From contig PMYB01000053.1 of assembly GCA_003170915.1 (NCBI GenBank), positions 23,921 through 87,920 on the forward strand: a DNA stretch of 64,000 nucleotides. Reading direction: 5' to 3'. Shown piece by piece: positions 28,429-38,109 of the stretch (positions are counted from its first letter, which is position 1; each line of letters opens with the position of its first letter). The notes beneath the pieces were generated by a model, which was given only the letters and a program-made list of their open reading frames with translations, was not told the origin of the DNA and did no database searches. A program made the position numbers and the translations under genes. This stretch comes from Bryobacterales bacterium (lineage in GTDB: Bacteria; Acidobacteriota; Terriglobia; Bryobacterales; Bryobacteraceae).

Positions 28429-30363
28429 CTAGCCGCGGTAGCTCGCAAGCAGCCGGTTGATCACATCCTGATGGATCTTGATCTTACCTTGCTTGATCAG
28501 CGCATCGCGCAGTCCCGTTTCGAAGAGCGAATTCCGGTCGCGACCCTTCTGGCCCTTGATTTCGTCGCGAAGGGCCACCCGCTGCTCGGGCAGTTTCGAC
28601 AGGTCCGGATCGGCGTGCTGGAGCACCTTGGCCACCACCGTTGCATCCGGCGTGGAGATGGGGCCAAACACGGTCCCATCGGGACGCGTGAAACCTTCCT
28701 GCACGTAAGCGGCGGAGCCCAGCCCTTCGACCGAACCCAACCGGTCGATTTCGCCCGAGGTCTTCACTTCCAGGCCCATCGTCTTGGCCGCCTTCGCCAG
28801 GTCGCCGCCCATCGACTTGGCCTTCTCGACCAGTTCTCTGGCGTGGTTCTGCACGGCCACCACCAGCCTGTTCTGCATGATCGTATCGCGAATCTTGTTC
28901 TGGACTTCCTCGAATGTCTGCGGCCGTGGCGGCGTCACGTCCGTCACCAGCGCCAGCGCGACCTTATTGTCCGGCAAGGCTAGCAACTGCGAGGCCTCGC
29001 CCTTTTTCAGGGCCGCGACGGCCTGATCGAAATCCGGGCTGGCGCCAATCTCCTTGACCGTTTGACCTGCCGCGAAACCGTCCACCCGCACCAGTTGCAT
29101 GTTCAGGTCGGCCGCGACCTTTTCCGGGTGCGCCGGGTCCTTCTGAAGCGCCGCCTGGGCCGTGTCGGAGATCTTGTTCATCGCATCGTTCACGCTCTGC
29201 TTCTTCCCCTGGACCGCCAGCTCGCTCTTGGCTTCCTCGAAAGACCGCAACCGCGCATCTTCGTGTTGCAGCACCTGGATGATGTGGTACCCATACTGCG
29301 TCTTGATCAGGTCGCTGGTCTGACCCGGCTTGAGGGAAAACGCCGCTCTTTCGAACTCCGGCACGGTCTGCCCGCGCGTCACCCAATCCGGCATGGCGCC
29401 GCCATTGGCGGCCGACCCGGTGTCTTCGGAGTTCTTCTTCGCCAGCGCGGCGAAATCCGCCCCGCCCCGGATCTGTTTCAGCAGATCCTCGGCTTTGGCC
29501 TTGATCTTGGGCTCTTCCGACGCCGGCTTGCCATCGGTCTTCAGCAGAATATGCCGCACCTTGACGCGCTCCGGCGTGCGGAACGAGTCCAGGTTCTGGG
29601 TGTACATGCGCCGGAGATCGGCGTCCGCCGGAGTCGCGGTCTGCTCCATCTTGGCCGGGTCCGCAATCAGGATGGCTAGGTTCTTCGTCTCCGGCGTCCG
29701 GTACCGCGCGTTGTTCGCCTTGTAGAAGTTTTGAATTTCCCCCGCCGACGGCTGCACTTCCGCGCGGTACTTGTCGTTGGGGATCTTGACGTACTCGATC
29801 TTGATCTTCTCGTTCTTCTTCCGGTACGCCTGCTCGATCTCGAGCGGTGTGACGATGGTGCCTTCGATGGCCACCTCGCGCAGCCGTGTAACCAGGATTT
29901 GCCGCCTCAGATCGCTTTCGAATTCCGCAATAGAGATATTCTGCTGGGCGAGCATGGAGGCATAGGCGTCCTTGCCCACGAACCTGCCGTCCTGAAACAG
30001 GCCCGGCGCCGATTGGCGGATGGTGTCCGCCAGGTCCGCGTCGGTCACCTGGAACCCCAACCGCGCGGCTTCATAGGCCAGCGCGCGCTCCGTAACCATC
30101 TGGTCCACCATGGTGGGGACGTAGTTGGGCAGAACATCCGGCGGCAACTGCCGGCCGCGCACCGTGTTCTGGATCAGCCTCTGCACCTCCGGCAGGGTAA
30201 TCACGTCGTCTTTGCCGATCTCGGCGATGATGGTATCCGACGTGTTCGACCCCGTGTTGTAGTTGGGGACCAGGTAGGTAAGCATGGAAAGCGCCACCAG
30301 CAGCAGTAACGCGCCCAGAAGGATGCGCACGGACTTCTCTCGGCTGCGAAACAGATCAAACAT
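28429..30363 (-). CDS. PpiD/SurA-like periplasmic chaperone with a parvulin PPIase domain
   Basis: 644-aa ORF with the N-terminal anchor 'ILLGALLLLVALSML'. The parvulin core is 'VKVRHILLKT...FAALAKKNSEDTGSAANGG...FSLKPGQTSDLIKTQYGYHIIQV'. Confidence 0.85.
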   Translation of the reverse strand: MFDLFRSREKSVRILLGALLLLVALSMLTYLVPNYNTGSNTSDTIIAEIGKDDVITLPEVQRLIQNTVRGRQLPPDVLPNYVPTMVDQMVTERALAYEAARLGFQVTDADLADTIRQSAPGLFQDGRFVGKDAYASMLAQQNISIAEFESDLRRQILVTRLREVAIEGTIVTPLEIEQAYRKKNEKIKIEYVKIPNDKYRAEVQPSAGEIQNFYKANNARYRTPETKNLAILIADPAKMEQTATPADADLRRMYTQNLDSFRTPERVKVRHILLKTDGKPASEEPKIKAKAEDLLKQIRGGADFAALAKKNSEDTGSAANGGAMPDWVTRGQTVPEFERAAFSLKPGQTSDLIKTQYGYHIIQVLQHEDARLRSFEEAKSELAVQGKKQSVNDAMNKISDTAQAALQKDPAHPEKVAADLNMQLVRVDGFAAGQTVKEIGASPDFDQAVAALKKGEASQLLALPDNKVALALVTDVTPPRPQTFEEVQNKIRDTIMQNRLVVAVQNHARELVEKAKSMGGDLAKAAKTMGLEVKTSGEIDRLGSVEGLGSAAYVQEGFTRPDGTVFGPISTPDATVVAKVLQHADPDLSKLPEQRVALRDEIKGQKGRDRNSLFETGLRDALIKQGKIKIHQDVINRLLASYRG

Positions 30364-30407
30364 TTCCGGAAAAACTCCTGTCTTCTAAAGGGGAAAACAA
30401 TAGTATA

Positions 30408-31865
30408 TCAGTGGGACGGGCCTCCCTGGCCGCCCCGGCCCTTCTTCGGTGAAAACGGAAACACCGGGACCGGAGGCCGCTGGCCCAGACCGCACTCGGC
30501 ATGCACCGCCCGCACCGCCCGTTCCAGTCCATCGCGGCGCACCACCACCGCAATGGTCAGCTCGCTGGACCCTTGCGCGATGGCGATAACATTCACCTGC
30601 GCGCGCGAGATGGCCGTGAAGATGCGGCCCGCCAGTCCAGGTTTGCCCTGCATTCCTTCGCCTACCGCCGCCAGCAGTCCCACGTCCCGATCGACGTGGA
30701 TCGGGTGCACGTAGTGGTGGGCCAGCTCCAGCGCCAGCGCCGATTCCAGCGCCTCAACCGAACGGTCCAGTTCCTCCTCGCGCACCAGGAAGCAGAAATT
30801 CTGGCGGTAGCTCGAGCTGGAAAACAACAGCACCTCGACGTTGGCCCGCGCCACCGCGTCGAGCGCCCGCGCCATCACTTGCACCCCGCTCAGTTCCGGG
30901 CTGGCGGGTTCGAGCGACACCAGCGCCACGTTGGCCATGGAGGTCACCGCCCGCGCCCCGTTGGCCACGGAAATCGAGGGGACTATCTTGGTCCCCGGCT
31001 TCTCCAGCGCGAAGCTGTTCTTGCTCCACACCGGAATCTTTTTCTCCGCCAGCGGCGCCAGCGTCCTGGGATGCAGCACCTTGGCGCCGGCGTAGGCCAA
31101 CTCGGCCGCCTCCGCGTAGGTCACCTCCGCCAGCACCTCGGCGTCGGGCACCAGCCGCGGATCGGCGCTCATGATGCCGTCCACGTCGGTCCAGATCCAC
31201 AGCTCGGAAGCATCCAGCGCGGCCGACAGGATGGACGCCGAGAAGTCCGAGCCGCCGCGTCCCAGTGTGGTCGGGCGCCCATCGGCCGTGGCGCCATTGA
31301 AACCCGTGATCACCGGCAGCGTGCCCTGGCGCAACAGCGGCAGCAGCTTGGCCCGCGCCTTCTCGCGGGTCGGCTCCATCAGCGGAGAGGCATTGCCAAA
31401 GACCGCATCCGTCACCACCACGTCCCGCGCGTTCACGGCCGCGGCCGGCGTGCCCTCGGCCTTCAGGTGTTCGGAAACCAGCAGCGCCGCGAGCCGCTCC
31501 CCCACCGCCACTCCCTCGTCCACCGAGCGCGGAGGCCGCTCGCCGAGCATCGCCATGCCGTTCGCGATGCGCTCGAATTCGCCGACGATCTTGTGCACCT
31601 TGGCCAGCACGCCGGCCAGTTTCGCTTCCGGCAGCAATTCGCGGCAAGCTTCCTCGTGGCGGCTCCGCAACGCCGCCAGGTTGGCCTCCATGCCCGCGCG
31701 ATCGCCTGCCTCGGCGTGCCGCATGGTGCCCAGCAGCAGGTCCGTGACCTTGGACATGGCTGAGACCACCACCGCCACCGGCCGCTTCTCCCGTTCCCCG
31801 GCGGCGATCCGCGCCGCCACCCGAATGCGTTCGGCCGAACCCACGCTGGTCCCGCCGAACTTCAT
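30408..31865 (-). CDS. lysC: Aspartate kinase
   Basis: Start taken at 'MKFGGTSVGSAERI' (31865); the Arg/Gly-rich extension of the 673-aa ORF is rejected. It has 'VVVSAMSKVTDLL', 'GRGGSDFSA' and C-terminal ACT-like repeats. Confidence 0.9.
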   Translation of the reverse strand: MKFGGTSVGSAERIRVAARIAAGEREKRPVAVVVSAMSKVTDLLLGTMRHAEAGDRAGMEANLAALRSRHEEACRELLPEAKLAGVLAKVHKIVGEFERIANGMAMLGERPPRSVDEGVAVGERLAALLVSEHLKAEGTPAAAVNARDVVVTDAVFGNASPLMEPTREKARAKLLPLLRQGTLPVITGFNGATADGRPTTLGRGGSDFSASILSAALDASELWIWTDVDGIMSADPRLVPDAEVLAEVTYAEAAELAYAGAKVLHPRTLAPLAEKKIPVWSKNSFALEKPGTKIVPSISVANGARAVTSMANVALVSLEPASPELSGVQVMARALDAVARANVEVLLFSSSSYRQNFCFLVREEELDRSVEALESALALELAHHYVHPIHVDRDVGLLAAVGEGMQGKPGLAGRIFTAISRAQVNVIAIAQGSSELTIAVVVRRDGLERAVRAVHAECGLGQRPPVPVFPFSPKKGRGGQGGPSH

Positions 31866-31879
31866 TACCAGCAGGTTCT

Positions 31880-32572
31880 TCAACTGAAATCCTTTCCGTT
31901 CGTCACCCGCGAACGCACAATCTTGAGAATCGCCTCTTCCACTTCTTCCGCCGTGAGCGAGGTGGAATCCAGGTACGCCGCGTCCGGCGCCTGGGCCAGG
32001 GGCGCGTCGGCGCGCGTGCTGTCGCGCTGGTCGCGCTCCTTCATCTGCGCCGCCAGCGCGCTCTCGGGAATCTCCTCTCCGGCGGCCCGCACGTCCTCGA
32101 GCCGGCGCCGCACGCGCTCTCGAGGGTCGGCGTCCAGAAAAACCTTGACGTCCGCATCGGGGAACACCACCGTTCCGATGTCCCGCCCTTCCATCACCAC
32201 GCTCGAGCGCTCGCCCATGGCCCGTTGTTTGGCCACTAGGGCGCGCCGCACGCCCGGGATGACCGCCACTTTGGACGCACCGCCCGAAACCTCCGGCGTG
32301 CGGATGGCGTCCGTCACGTCCTCGCCGTTGAGCCGGATGCGCCCCGGCGACAGCTCGATCTCCGCGGCCATGGCGAGCTGTTCCATGCGATGCATGTCGC
32401 CCGTATCCACCTTCTGCCGCAGCGCCCACAGGGCCACCGCGCGGTACATGGCGCCGGAATCGATGTAGGTGAATCCCAGCCTCGCGGCCACCCGTTTGGC
32501 GATGGTGCTCTTGCCCGCGCCCGCCGGCCCGTCGATGGCCACCACTACGCGCTTCTGTCGGAGGTCCTTCAA
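31880..32572 (-). CDS. cmk: Cytidylate kinase
   Basis: 'VVAIDGPAGAGKSTIAKRVAARLGFTYIDSGAMYRAVA' and 'VMEGRDIGTVVFPDADVKVFL' are canonical Cmk motifs. Confidence 0.9.
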   Translation of the reverse strand: MKDLRQKRVVVAIDGPAGAGKSTIAKRVAARLGFTYIDSGAMYRAVALWALRQKVDTGDMHRMEQLAMAAEIELSPGRIRLNGEDVTDAIRTPEVSGGASKVAVIPGVRRALVAKQRAMGERSSVVMEGRDIGTVVFPDADVKVFLDADPRERVRRRLEDVRAAGEEIPESALAAQMKERDQRDSTRADAPLAQAPDAAYLDSTSLTAEEVEEAILKIVRSRVTNGKDFS

Positions 32573-32604
32573 GACAGTAGAATAACAGGACGGATGCTCT
32601 CCCT

Positions 32605-32994
32605 ATGACGCCTGCCGAATTCGACCGCCTGGTGGCCGCGGCTTACGCCCGAATCCCCGCGCGATTCCGCAGACGCCTGAAGAACATCGCGGTGGTGGTC
32701 GAACCCGAGCCTGCGCCGGCGCAACTCGCCCGCGGGCGCGCGCCTCGGGGGAGCACTTTGCTGGGCCTCTACGAAGGCCGCCCGCTCACCCGGCGGAGCG
32801 TCTTCGAGCCCTTCGCCATGCCGGACCGCATCACCATCTTTCAAGGCCCGCACGAGCGCCTCGCTGGCAGCCCCGAGCACCTCGCCAAGCTGGTCGAGGA
32901 TACCGTGTGGCACGAAGTGGCGCACTATTTCGGAATGGACGAGCTTCAGGTCCGCGCGGCCGAGCGGAAACGGCGCCGGGGGGGCATGCTTTAG
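32605..32994 (+). CDS. Small zincin-like metallopeptidase family protein (DUF1025-type)
   Basis: 129-aa ORF. 'LLGLYEG.PLT.R' and 'VWHEVAHYFGMDE' (HExxH) fit this family. Confidence 0.8.
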   Translation: MTPAEFDRLVAAAYARIPARFRRRLKNIAVVVEPEPAPAQLARGRAPRGSTLLGLYEGRPLTRRSVFEPFAMPDRITIFQGPHERLAGSPEHLAKLVEDTVWHEVAHYFGMDELQVRAAERKRRRGGML

Positions 32995-33792
32995 AGGGAC
33001 TTGCAAAATTCGCATCCTGCCCCCCGAGCTCGCAAAAACAAAAAGTTTAAAAAATGTTTTGAGTAGGGACTGAATCCCAATAGAATATTTGTGACGAAAC
33101 AAAATTCGTTCGGAAGAGCAGCCCCCATGAACAGCCTACTTCAGTTTCCGACCCAGTCGTTCGGACCGATCCTGCAAAACCAACTGTTCCCGGCCATACG
33201 GGAGGAGTTGGGTCCGATGAGCAATCACCATGAGCAGTTCGTTTGTGCAGTGGCGATGCTGCAACTGGACGGTTTTGTAGCCGTCCGGCGTGGGCGGGGC
33301 CGCCCGGGACATGATCGAGCCAGCATGGCGCGAGCGTTCCTGGCCAAGGCCGGGTTCAACGTTTCCACCACGCGAGCCATCTTGGACCGACTGCACAGCG
33401 ATGCCGTTCTACGCCGCCGACCAAATTCGCGAACAGAGCGTGAATTCGGGCCACATATCCATCATCCCTCGCCGGAAACTCGGTTCCGAACCGCCGCCGG
33501 CGATGGACCCCCATCAGCGGGTCCGTTTTCGCGAGCGCACCGCAGTGGAACGCGTCTTCTCGCGGTTGAAAGATGAATAGTGGAGGGATCCACGGTCCCG
33601 ACTGAATCGACGAAATGGCAGCCCGACATCCCGGTCTCGAATGAAAGGAATAGGTGTGTCTCTGGGTGGGCTAATCTGGGCGCAAATCTCAATCTGCATC
33701 GATTCAGTAACGCTCTGACGTAGCAACCAGTCGACGAACAGCGCCAGGAACTCGCCCATGCCTGCCGCGAGGGTTTATTCTGCAAGTCCCTC
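32994..33792 (+). mobile_element. Internally deleted IS element (IS4/IS5-superfamily-like) with intact terminal inverted repeats
   Basis: Left end GAGGGACTTGCAAAAT (32994-33009). Right end ATTCTGCAAGTCCCTC (33777-33792), whose reverse complement is GAGGGACTTGCAGAAT, a 15/16 match. Only ~800 bp lie between them, carrying transposase fragments. Confidence 0.75.
33091..33580 (+). pseudogene. DDE transposase fragments (N-terminal DUF772-like part plus extreme C-terminus)
   Basis: Frame 1 reads 'LFPAIREELGPMSNHHEQFVCAVAMLQLDGF...RGRPGHDRASMARAFLAKA'. Frame 2 reads '...RVRFRERTAVERVFSRLKDE*'. The catalytic DDE core between them is missing. Confidence 0.7.
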
Positions 33793-33810
33793 TCAAGCGT
33801 GCCCCGCCTG

Positions 33811-35157
33811 CTATGGCTTTCGCGCCCTGTAGTGGAACGTGTTCAGCGTGCGAGAGATGTCGAACGAGCGGAGCATGACGATGACTTCCGCGCCGGCCAT
33901 CAGGACCGGGCCGTAGCCCTGCATGGCGCCGAGGTCGGTGGGACGGTTGTAGTAGTACACCGAGTCGTAGGCGGCGGTTGTGCTGACGCAGATGCCCTCG
34001 ATGCGGCCATCGGGAAGAACGCGCTTGGAGACCGCTTGCCAGCCGGTTTGGGCGACCGGCGCATAGACGGGAGAGAGCCAGCCGCGGTTGACGCCGCGCG
34101 CTATGGCGAACGTAAACATGGCCGACGCCGAGGTCTCCAGGTAGCTATCGGTCTTGTCGAGCAGTTGATGCCACATCCCGACGCCGCTTTCGACGGACGC
34201 AGCTCCCCGCGCCCCGCGCTGGAAAATCTCCAACACCCGGTCGCGAGCGGGATGGTCCCGCGGCAGAACGCTCAGCAGTTCGGCGGCGGCCATCAGCCCC
34301 CAACCGGCGCCTCGGCCCCAATAGAATGCCGGGTGTTCGGCGCCCTCGTACCAGGAGTGGCGGTACAAGCCGGTGGAGGGGTCCTGGAGGCGCTGGGACA
34401 TCTGGATCACCTGCCGCGCGGCATCGTCGAACCAGGTTCGATCGCCGGTCAGCCGCCCCATCTGCGCCAGGAACGGGATGCTCATATAAGCGTCGTCGAT
34501 CCAGAGTGAAACCGGCAGCGGGCGCGCCCGGGCGAGGGTGCCGTCGGACATGCGCATCTGCTTGTGCGCAATGTGGTCGGCGATGGCGTCGATGGTGGCG
34601 CGGTAGCGCGGGTCCGGTTTCTTGGCGTAGGCCTTGACCAAAGCCGCTCCGATGGCGCCGCAATCGTCAAGCTCGCGCATGTTGAGCAGGCGGCTGAAGC
34701 CATGCGACGGCTGGCCGAACTCGGCCACCTGCTTGCGGAAGTAGTCCAAGTGGTCGAATACGAAGTCGAAGTTCTTGAGCGCGTAATCTTGATAGCGCGA
34801 GTCGCCGGTCACCTCCGCCGCCAGCAGCATTCCGGCGAGCACGACGCCCATGGGATAATCCCAGTCGTTGAACTGGCCGCCGCGCGAGTCGAGTGCGGCG
34901 GTCTGGATGGGCCGCGACAGGTCCGTGACGGGCTGTCCCGTCCGGGTGTCGATGATGCGGTACTGAGTGGAGCGGACGAAGTAGTCGCGGACGCGGTCGA
35001 GCGTGGCTTTGACATCGGCCTCGGCCGGCACGACGTAGTCCACGCCGGGAGCGAGCGACGGTTGCGAGAAAGAAGGATCGCTGCGGCCCGGCGGCTGCGC
35101 CCGCGTGGACGCCACAACCAGCAGCGCCGCCAATGGAATGGTCCTCCTCGCGTGCAT
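33811..35157 (-). CDS. GH88/GH105-family unsaturated glucuronyl/rhamnogalacturonyl hydrolase, secreted
   Basis: Start taken at 'MHARRTIPLAALLVVAS' (35157). 'WDYPMGVVLAGML', 'WIDDAYMSIPFLAQMGRLTGD' and 'FYWGRGAGWGLMA' match Glyco_hydro_88-type enzymes. Confidence 0.8.
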   Translation of the reverse strand: MHARRTIPLAALLVVASTRAQPPGRSDPSFSQPSLAPGVDYVVPAEADVKATLDRVRDYFVRSTQYRIIDTRTGQPVTDLSRPIQTAALDSRGGQFNDWDYPMGVVLAGMLLAAEVTGDSRYQDYALKNFDFVFDHLDYFRKQVAEFGQPSHGFSRLLNMRELDDCGAIGAALVKAYAKKPDPRYRATIDAIADHIAHKQMRMSDGTLARARPLPVSLWIDDAYMSIPFLAQMGRLTGDRTWFDDAARQVIQMSQRLQDPSTGLYRHSWYEGAEHPAFYWGRGAGWGLMAAAELLSVLPRDHPARDRVLEIFQRGARGAASVESGVGMWHQLLDKTDSYLETSASAMFTFAIARGVNRGWLSPVYAPVAQTGWQAVSKRVLPDGRIEGICVSTTAAYDSVYYYNRPTDLGAMQGYGPVLMAGAEVIVMLRSFDISRTLNTFHYRARKP

Positions 35158-35286
35158 TCTGAAATCCACTGAGATCCTCCTGATGTGGCAGCGTGGCTCG
35201 CAAAGCCGGGTACGGAAATCAGATTCTAGCAAGGAAGAAATGCGTCTGTCCCCTTTTCGTGGGAAGCTTTCATTAGGAGAGTTCAA

Positions 35287-35817
35287 GTGAAAACACGGAT
35301 TTTGCTGGTTATGGCCATCTTGACGCCCTTGGCTGGTTGGGCGGTCGACCCGGTGCCCATGGACGTCAAACTGGGCCTCTGGGAAACTACGATGACCAAC
35401 CAGACGGACATGTCGGCGGTGATGCCGCCCGAAGTGCTGGCGAGACTGACGCCCGAGCAGCGGGCCAAGATGGAAGGGTCCATGGGGCGCGGAGGCTCGC
35501 GGACCACCACCACCAAGCACTGCGTGACCAAGGACACCATCAATGAAGCGCTCTCCTCCGCGAACACGAGCGCCAGGCAGACCTGCACACGGACCTTCGT
35601 CACCTCGACCAGCACCAAGCAGGTGATTCACATGGAATGCACCTCGGGACCCATCAAGAGCAGCGGCGACGTTCAGATTGAAGTGATCGACCGTGAGAAC
35701 ACCAAAGGATCGATGGTCATGACCTCCGGGGGCGGCCGTGGCGGGAACATAAAGATGGAATGGGCCACCAAATGGCTCGGCGCGGATTGTGGCGACGTTG
35801 GGCAGAAGAAGAACTGA
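35287..35817 (+). CDS. Secreted DUF3617-like protein
   Basis: GTG start preceded by AGGAGAG. It has the signal 'MKTRILLVMAILTPLAG' and four Cys residues in a 'CVT...C...C...C' layout reminiscent of DUF3617. Confidence 0.65.
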   Translation: MKTRILLVMAILTPLAGWAVDPVPMDVKLGLWETTMTNQTDMSAVMPPEVLARLTPEQRAKMEGSMGRGGSRTTTTKHCVTKDTINEALSSANTSARQTCTRTFVTSTSTKQVIHMECTSGPIKSSGDVQIEVIDRENTKGSMVMTSGGGRGGNIKMEWATKWLGADCGDVGQKKN

Positions 35818-35826
35818 GCGGGGTGG

Positions 35827-36678
35827 TCACCTGCCCACCGTCTTCAGCCGCTTCTCGACGTCGGCGCGGAACCGGTCCACGAAGTTCAGAACGTAATCCG
35901 TCACCGGCAGGCTGGGATCTTCCACTAGCGGCGTTAGGTCCATGGCGAAGCTGAGAGCGCTCTCTTCGTCGGTCCCGTGCGCGGCGTAGTAGGTGGCATG
36001 CGCCAGGCGCCGGCCGGCGGTGGCCAGGTCGTAGCGTTTGCCGCCGCTCACCTGCGAGTCGAAGACGCCCACCAGGGCGGCGGCGATGTTGGAGCGCGCG
36101 GAGACCGGCAAGGCCTGCTTGCTCTCGTCGGGGAGCCAGTCCAAATCGCGCCACACCTCGCAGCCATAGACGCGCTTCGGCTTCACGTCCTGGCGCACCG
36201 CGCGCAGCGCCGCAATCGAGCGGAGCGCCACGGCGACGTGCGTATCGTGCTTGTCCGCCAGGTTGTGCAGGTACACGAAGTCCGGCCGGGCCGCGCGCAG
36301 GATCTGCTCGAGATCCTCGACCACGGCGCTCTCATCGGGATTCTTCACCTGAGAAGTGGTGAAGCCGAGTTGGATCTGGCAGGCGTACTCTCCTACATAG
36401 GCTGCTTTGCGCTGCTCCGCCAGGCGCACCTTCTGCATCTCTTCATCTGTGTAATCGCCGTAAATGCCGGATCGCGGGCTGCCTGCGCCATTGGTCGCCA
36501 CCACGCCGGTAAACCATTTCTCTTTCCGGCCGAAACACTCGGCGATGCCGTGGTAGGCCATGATCTCGATGTCGTCCTGGTGCGCGGAGATGGAAAGGTG
36601 CGTGGTGCGCGCGAGGGCGGCTTCCGATGCCACGCCATCGGGAACGAAGAGGTCCGCGCTGGAATTATGAAACCGCAT
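35827..36678 (-). CDS. PIG-L/LmbE family deacetylase
   Basis: Start taken at 'MRFHNSSADLF' (36678). 'HLSISAHQDDIEIMAYHG' (AHxDDxE motif) and a later 'HDTHVA' His cluster fit the family. The start overlaps the upstream gene end (36665-36678). Confidence 0.8.
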   Translation of the reverse strand: MRFHNSSADLFVPDGVASEAALARTTHLSISAHQDDIEIMAYHGIAECFGRKEKWFTGVVATNGAGSPRSGIYGDYTDEEMQKVRLAEQRKAAYVGEYACQIQLGFTTSQVKNPDESAVVEDLEQILRAARPDFVYLHNLADKHDTHVAVALRSIAALRAVRQDVKPKRVYGCEVWRDLDWLPDESKQALPVSARSNIAAALVGVFDSQVSGGKRYDLATAGRRLAHATYYAAHGTDEESALSFAMDLTPLVEDPSLPVTDYVLNFVDRFRADVEKRLKTVGR

Positions 36679-38068
36679 GATTGCTCTCCTTGACTCGAAT
36701 TGCGGGCAGGCTGGCGGCCGCAATGGCCTGGCCGTGCCGCTTTTCCTTCTCATCGGGGATGTGAAAACGAATGCGTTCGGCTACCGCGGGGAACTCCTCC
36801 TTGAGGACCTTCTCCGCCAACTGGAGAATCAGGTCCCCTCCTTCGCCCGACATCACGCGCCCCAGCACCAGGAGGTTGCGGATGTCGTAGAAATCGGCGC
36901 AGTGGGCGATGGTGTAGCCGAACCAGATGCCGATGGTTTCGTAGATCTGGCGCGCGCGGCTGTCGCCCGCGGCCACCAGATTCTGTACCCGTTCGAGCTT
37001 GGCGGGAAGCGGCGCCTCCGCTGGAAGGCCGATGCCCGCCGGCTCGAGCAGACGCCCCACGGCCTGCTGCGAGAAGTACTGCACGCCCACGCCGCGATCG
37101 CCGGACCACTCATCGGCCGGCGCGTCCTCGCGGTAATCCACGGGCACGAATGCCAGCTCGTTGAGCCACGCGGTGATGGCGCCGTGCGGCGTGACAAACC
37201 CGGCGGCCAGGCTGCTGCCCATGGCGATGCCCAGCACGGCGTTGTCGCCGAGCGCCATGGACCCGGCCAGCGCGGTCACCTCGCCATCGTTCACCACTTC
37301 GAAGGGGATGCCGCCCCAGGCCGCCTGTAGCTCGAAGAACAGGCGCCGCACGCGGCTGTCGAACAGCGCCCGCGGCACCGAACGGTAGAGCGATCCCACC
37401 CGCACCTCGTTATTGACGTACACCCCCGCGGCGCTGCCCCCGATGGCGTCGACGCGCGGCAGGTGGGCGGCGGCCCGCTTCAGCGAATCGTGGATGCCGT
37501 CGAAGTGATATTGCGGATCGGCCTGCGCGCTCGGGTTCCACGCCACCTCATCGCTGAAAATCACCTTGCCATCGGCGACGGCGGCGCACTTGCGATCGCT
37601 GGCGCCCAGGTCGAAGCCGATGCGGAAGCCATCCAGGTGGCGGCCGAGCGGCGCCGTCGTCTCCCTTTCCACGGGCGCGGCGTCGAAGGAGGTGTTCCCG
37701 ATGGCCATCGGCCGCCCGTAGACGCGCTCGCCCATGAACTGGTAGTCGAAGGCGCGCGTTCCTTCGGGCGCGTATACGCTCCGCAGGTAATCGGCGATGC
37801 GCGCGTCGCCCCCGATGGTGACGCGGTATCCGCCCTTCTGCCACAACAGGAACTTCAGCAGCCGCTCGACGTAGCGGTTATTGACGGCCACGTTTTTCCC
37901 CTCGTGTTGCAGCACGGCGGTGCGGAACACGGAGACGGAGCCATCGCTGCGCTCGAGAGCAATCGCCAAGTTGCGGCCGCCGCCGCTCTCCCGGACTCTG
38001 GCGCGATAGAGCCGGTTCCACAGAGAGGCCGGGACGAACTCGGAATCTAAAACGGGCCGGAACTTCAT
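36665..38068 (-). CDS. Long ROK/ASKHA-type sugar kinase-like protein with a ~150-aa N-terminal extension
   Basis: 467-aa ORF. 'FRIGFDLGASDRK', 'AIGGSAAGVY', 'VVNDGEVTALAGS' and 'LGIAMGSSLAAG' are ASKHA/ROK-like phosphate and adenosine motifs. Confidence 0.75.
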   Translation of the reverse strand: MKFRPVLDSEFVPASLWNRLYRARVRESGGGRNLAIALERSDGSVSVFRTAVLQHEGKNVAVNNRYVERLLKFLLWQKGGYRVTIGGDARIADYLRSVYAPEGTRAFDYQFMGERVYGRPMAIGNTSFDAAPVERETTAPLGRHLDGFRIGFDLGASDRKCAAVADGKVIFSDEVAWNPSAQADPQYHFDGIHDSLKRAAAHLPRVDAIGGSAAGVYVNNEVRVGSLYRSVPRALFDSRVRRLFFELQAAWGGIPFEVVNDGEVTALAGSMALGDNAVLGIAMGSSLAAGFVTPHGAITAWLNELAFVPVDYREDAPADEWSGDRGVGVQYFSQQAVGRLLEPAGIGLPAEAPLPAKLERVQNLVAAGDSRARQIYETIGIWFGYTIAHCADFYDIRNLLVLGRVMSGEGGDLILQLAEKVLKEEFPAVAERIRFHIPDEKEKRHGQAIAAASLPAIRVKESNHAVS

Positions 38069-38109
38069 ACCGGAAACACGACGATACCATTTGTGCCACG
38101 ATAAACTCT

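Noticed and set aside
31866-32429. N-terminal extension of the 673-aa ORF containing aspartate kinase
   Set aside because: The extension is Arg/Gly-rich nonsense that overlaps cmk in another frame. The canonical 'MKFGGTSV' start is at 31865.
35158-35631. N-terminal extension of the 606-aa ORF containing the GH88/105 gene
   Set aside because: The extension has no homology features and overlaps the DUF3617-like gene on the other strand. A signal-peptide start ('MHARRTIPLAALL') exists at 35157.
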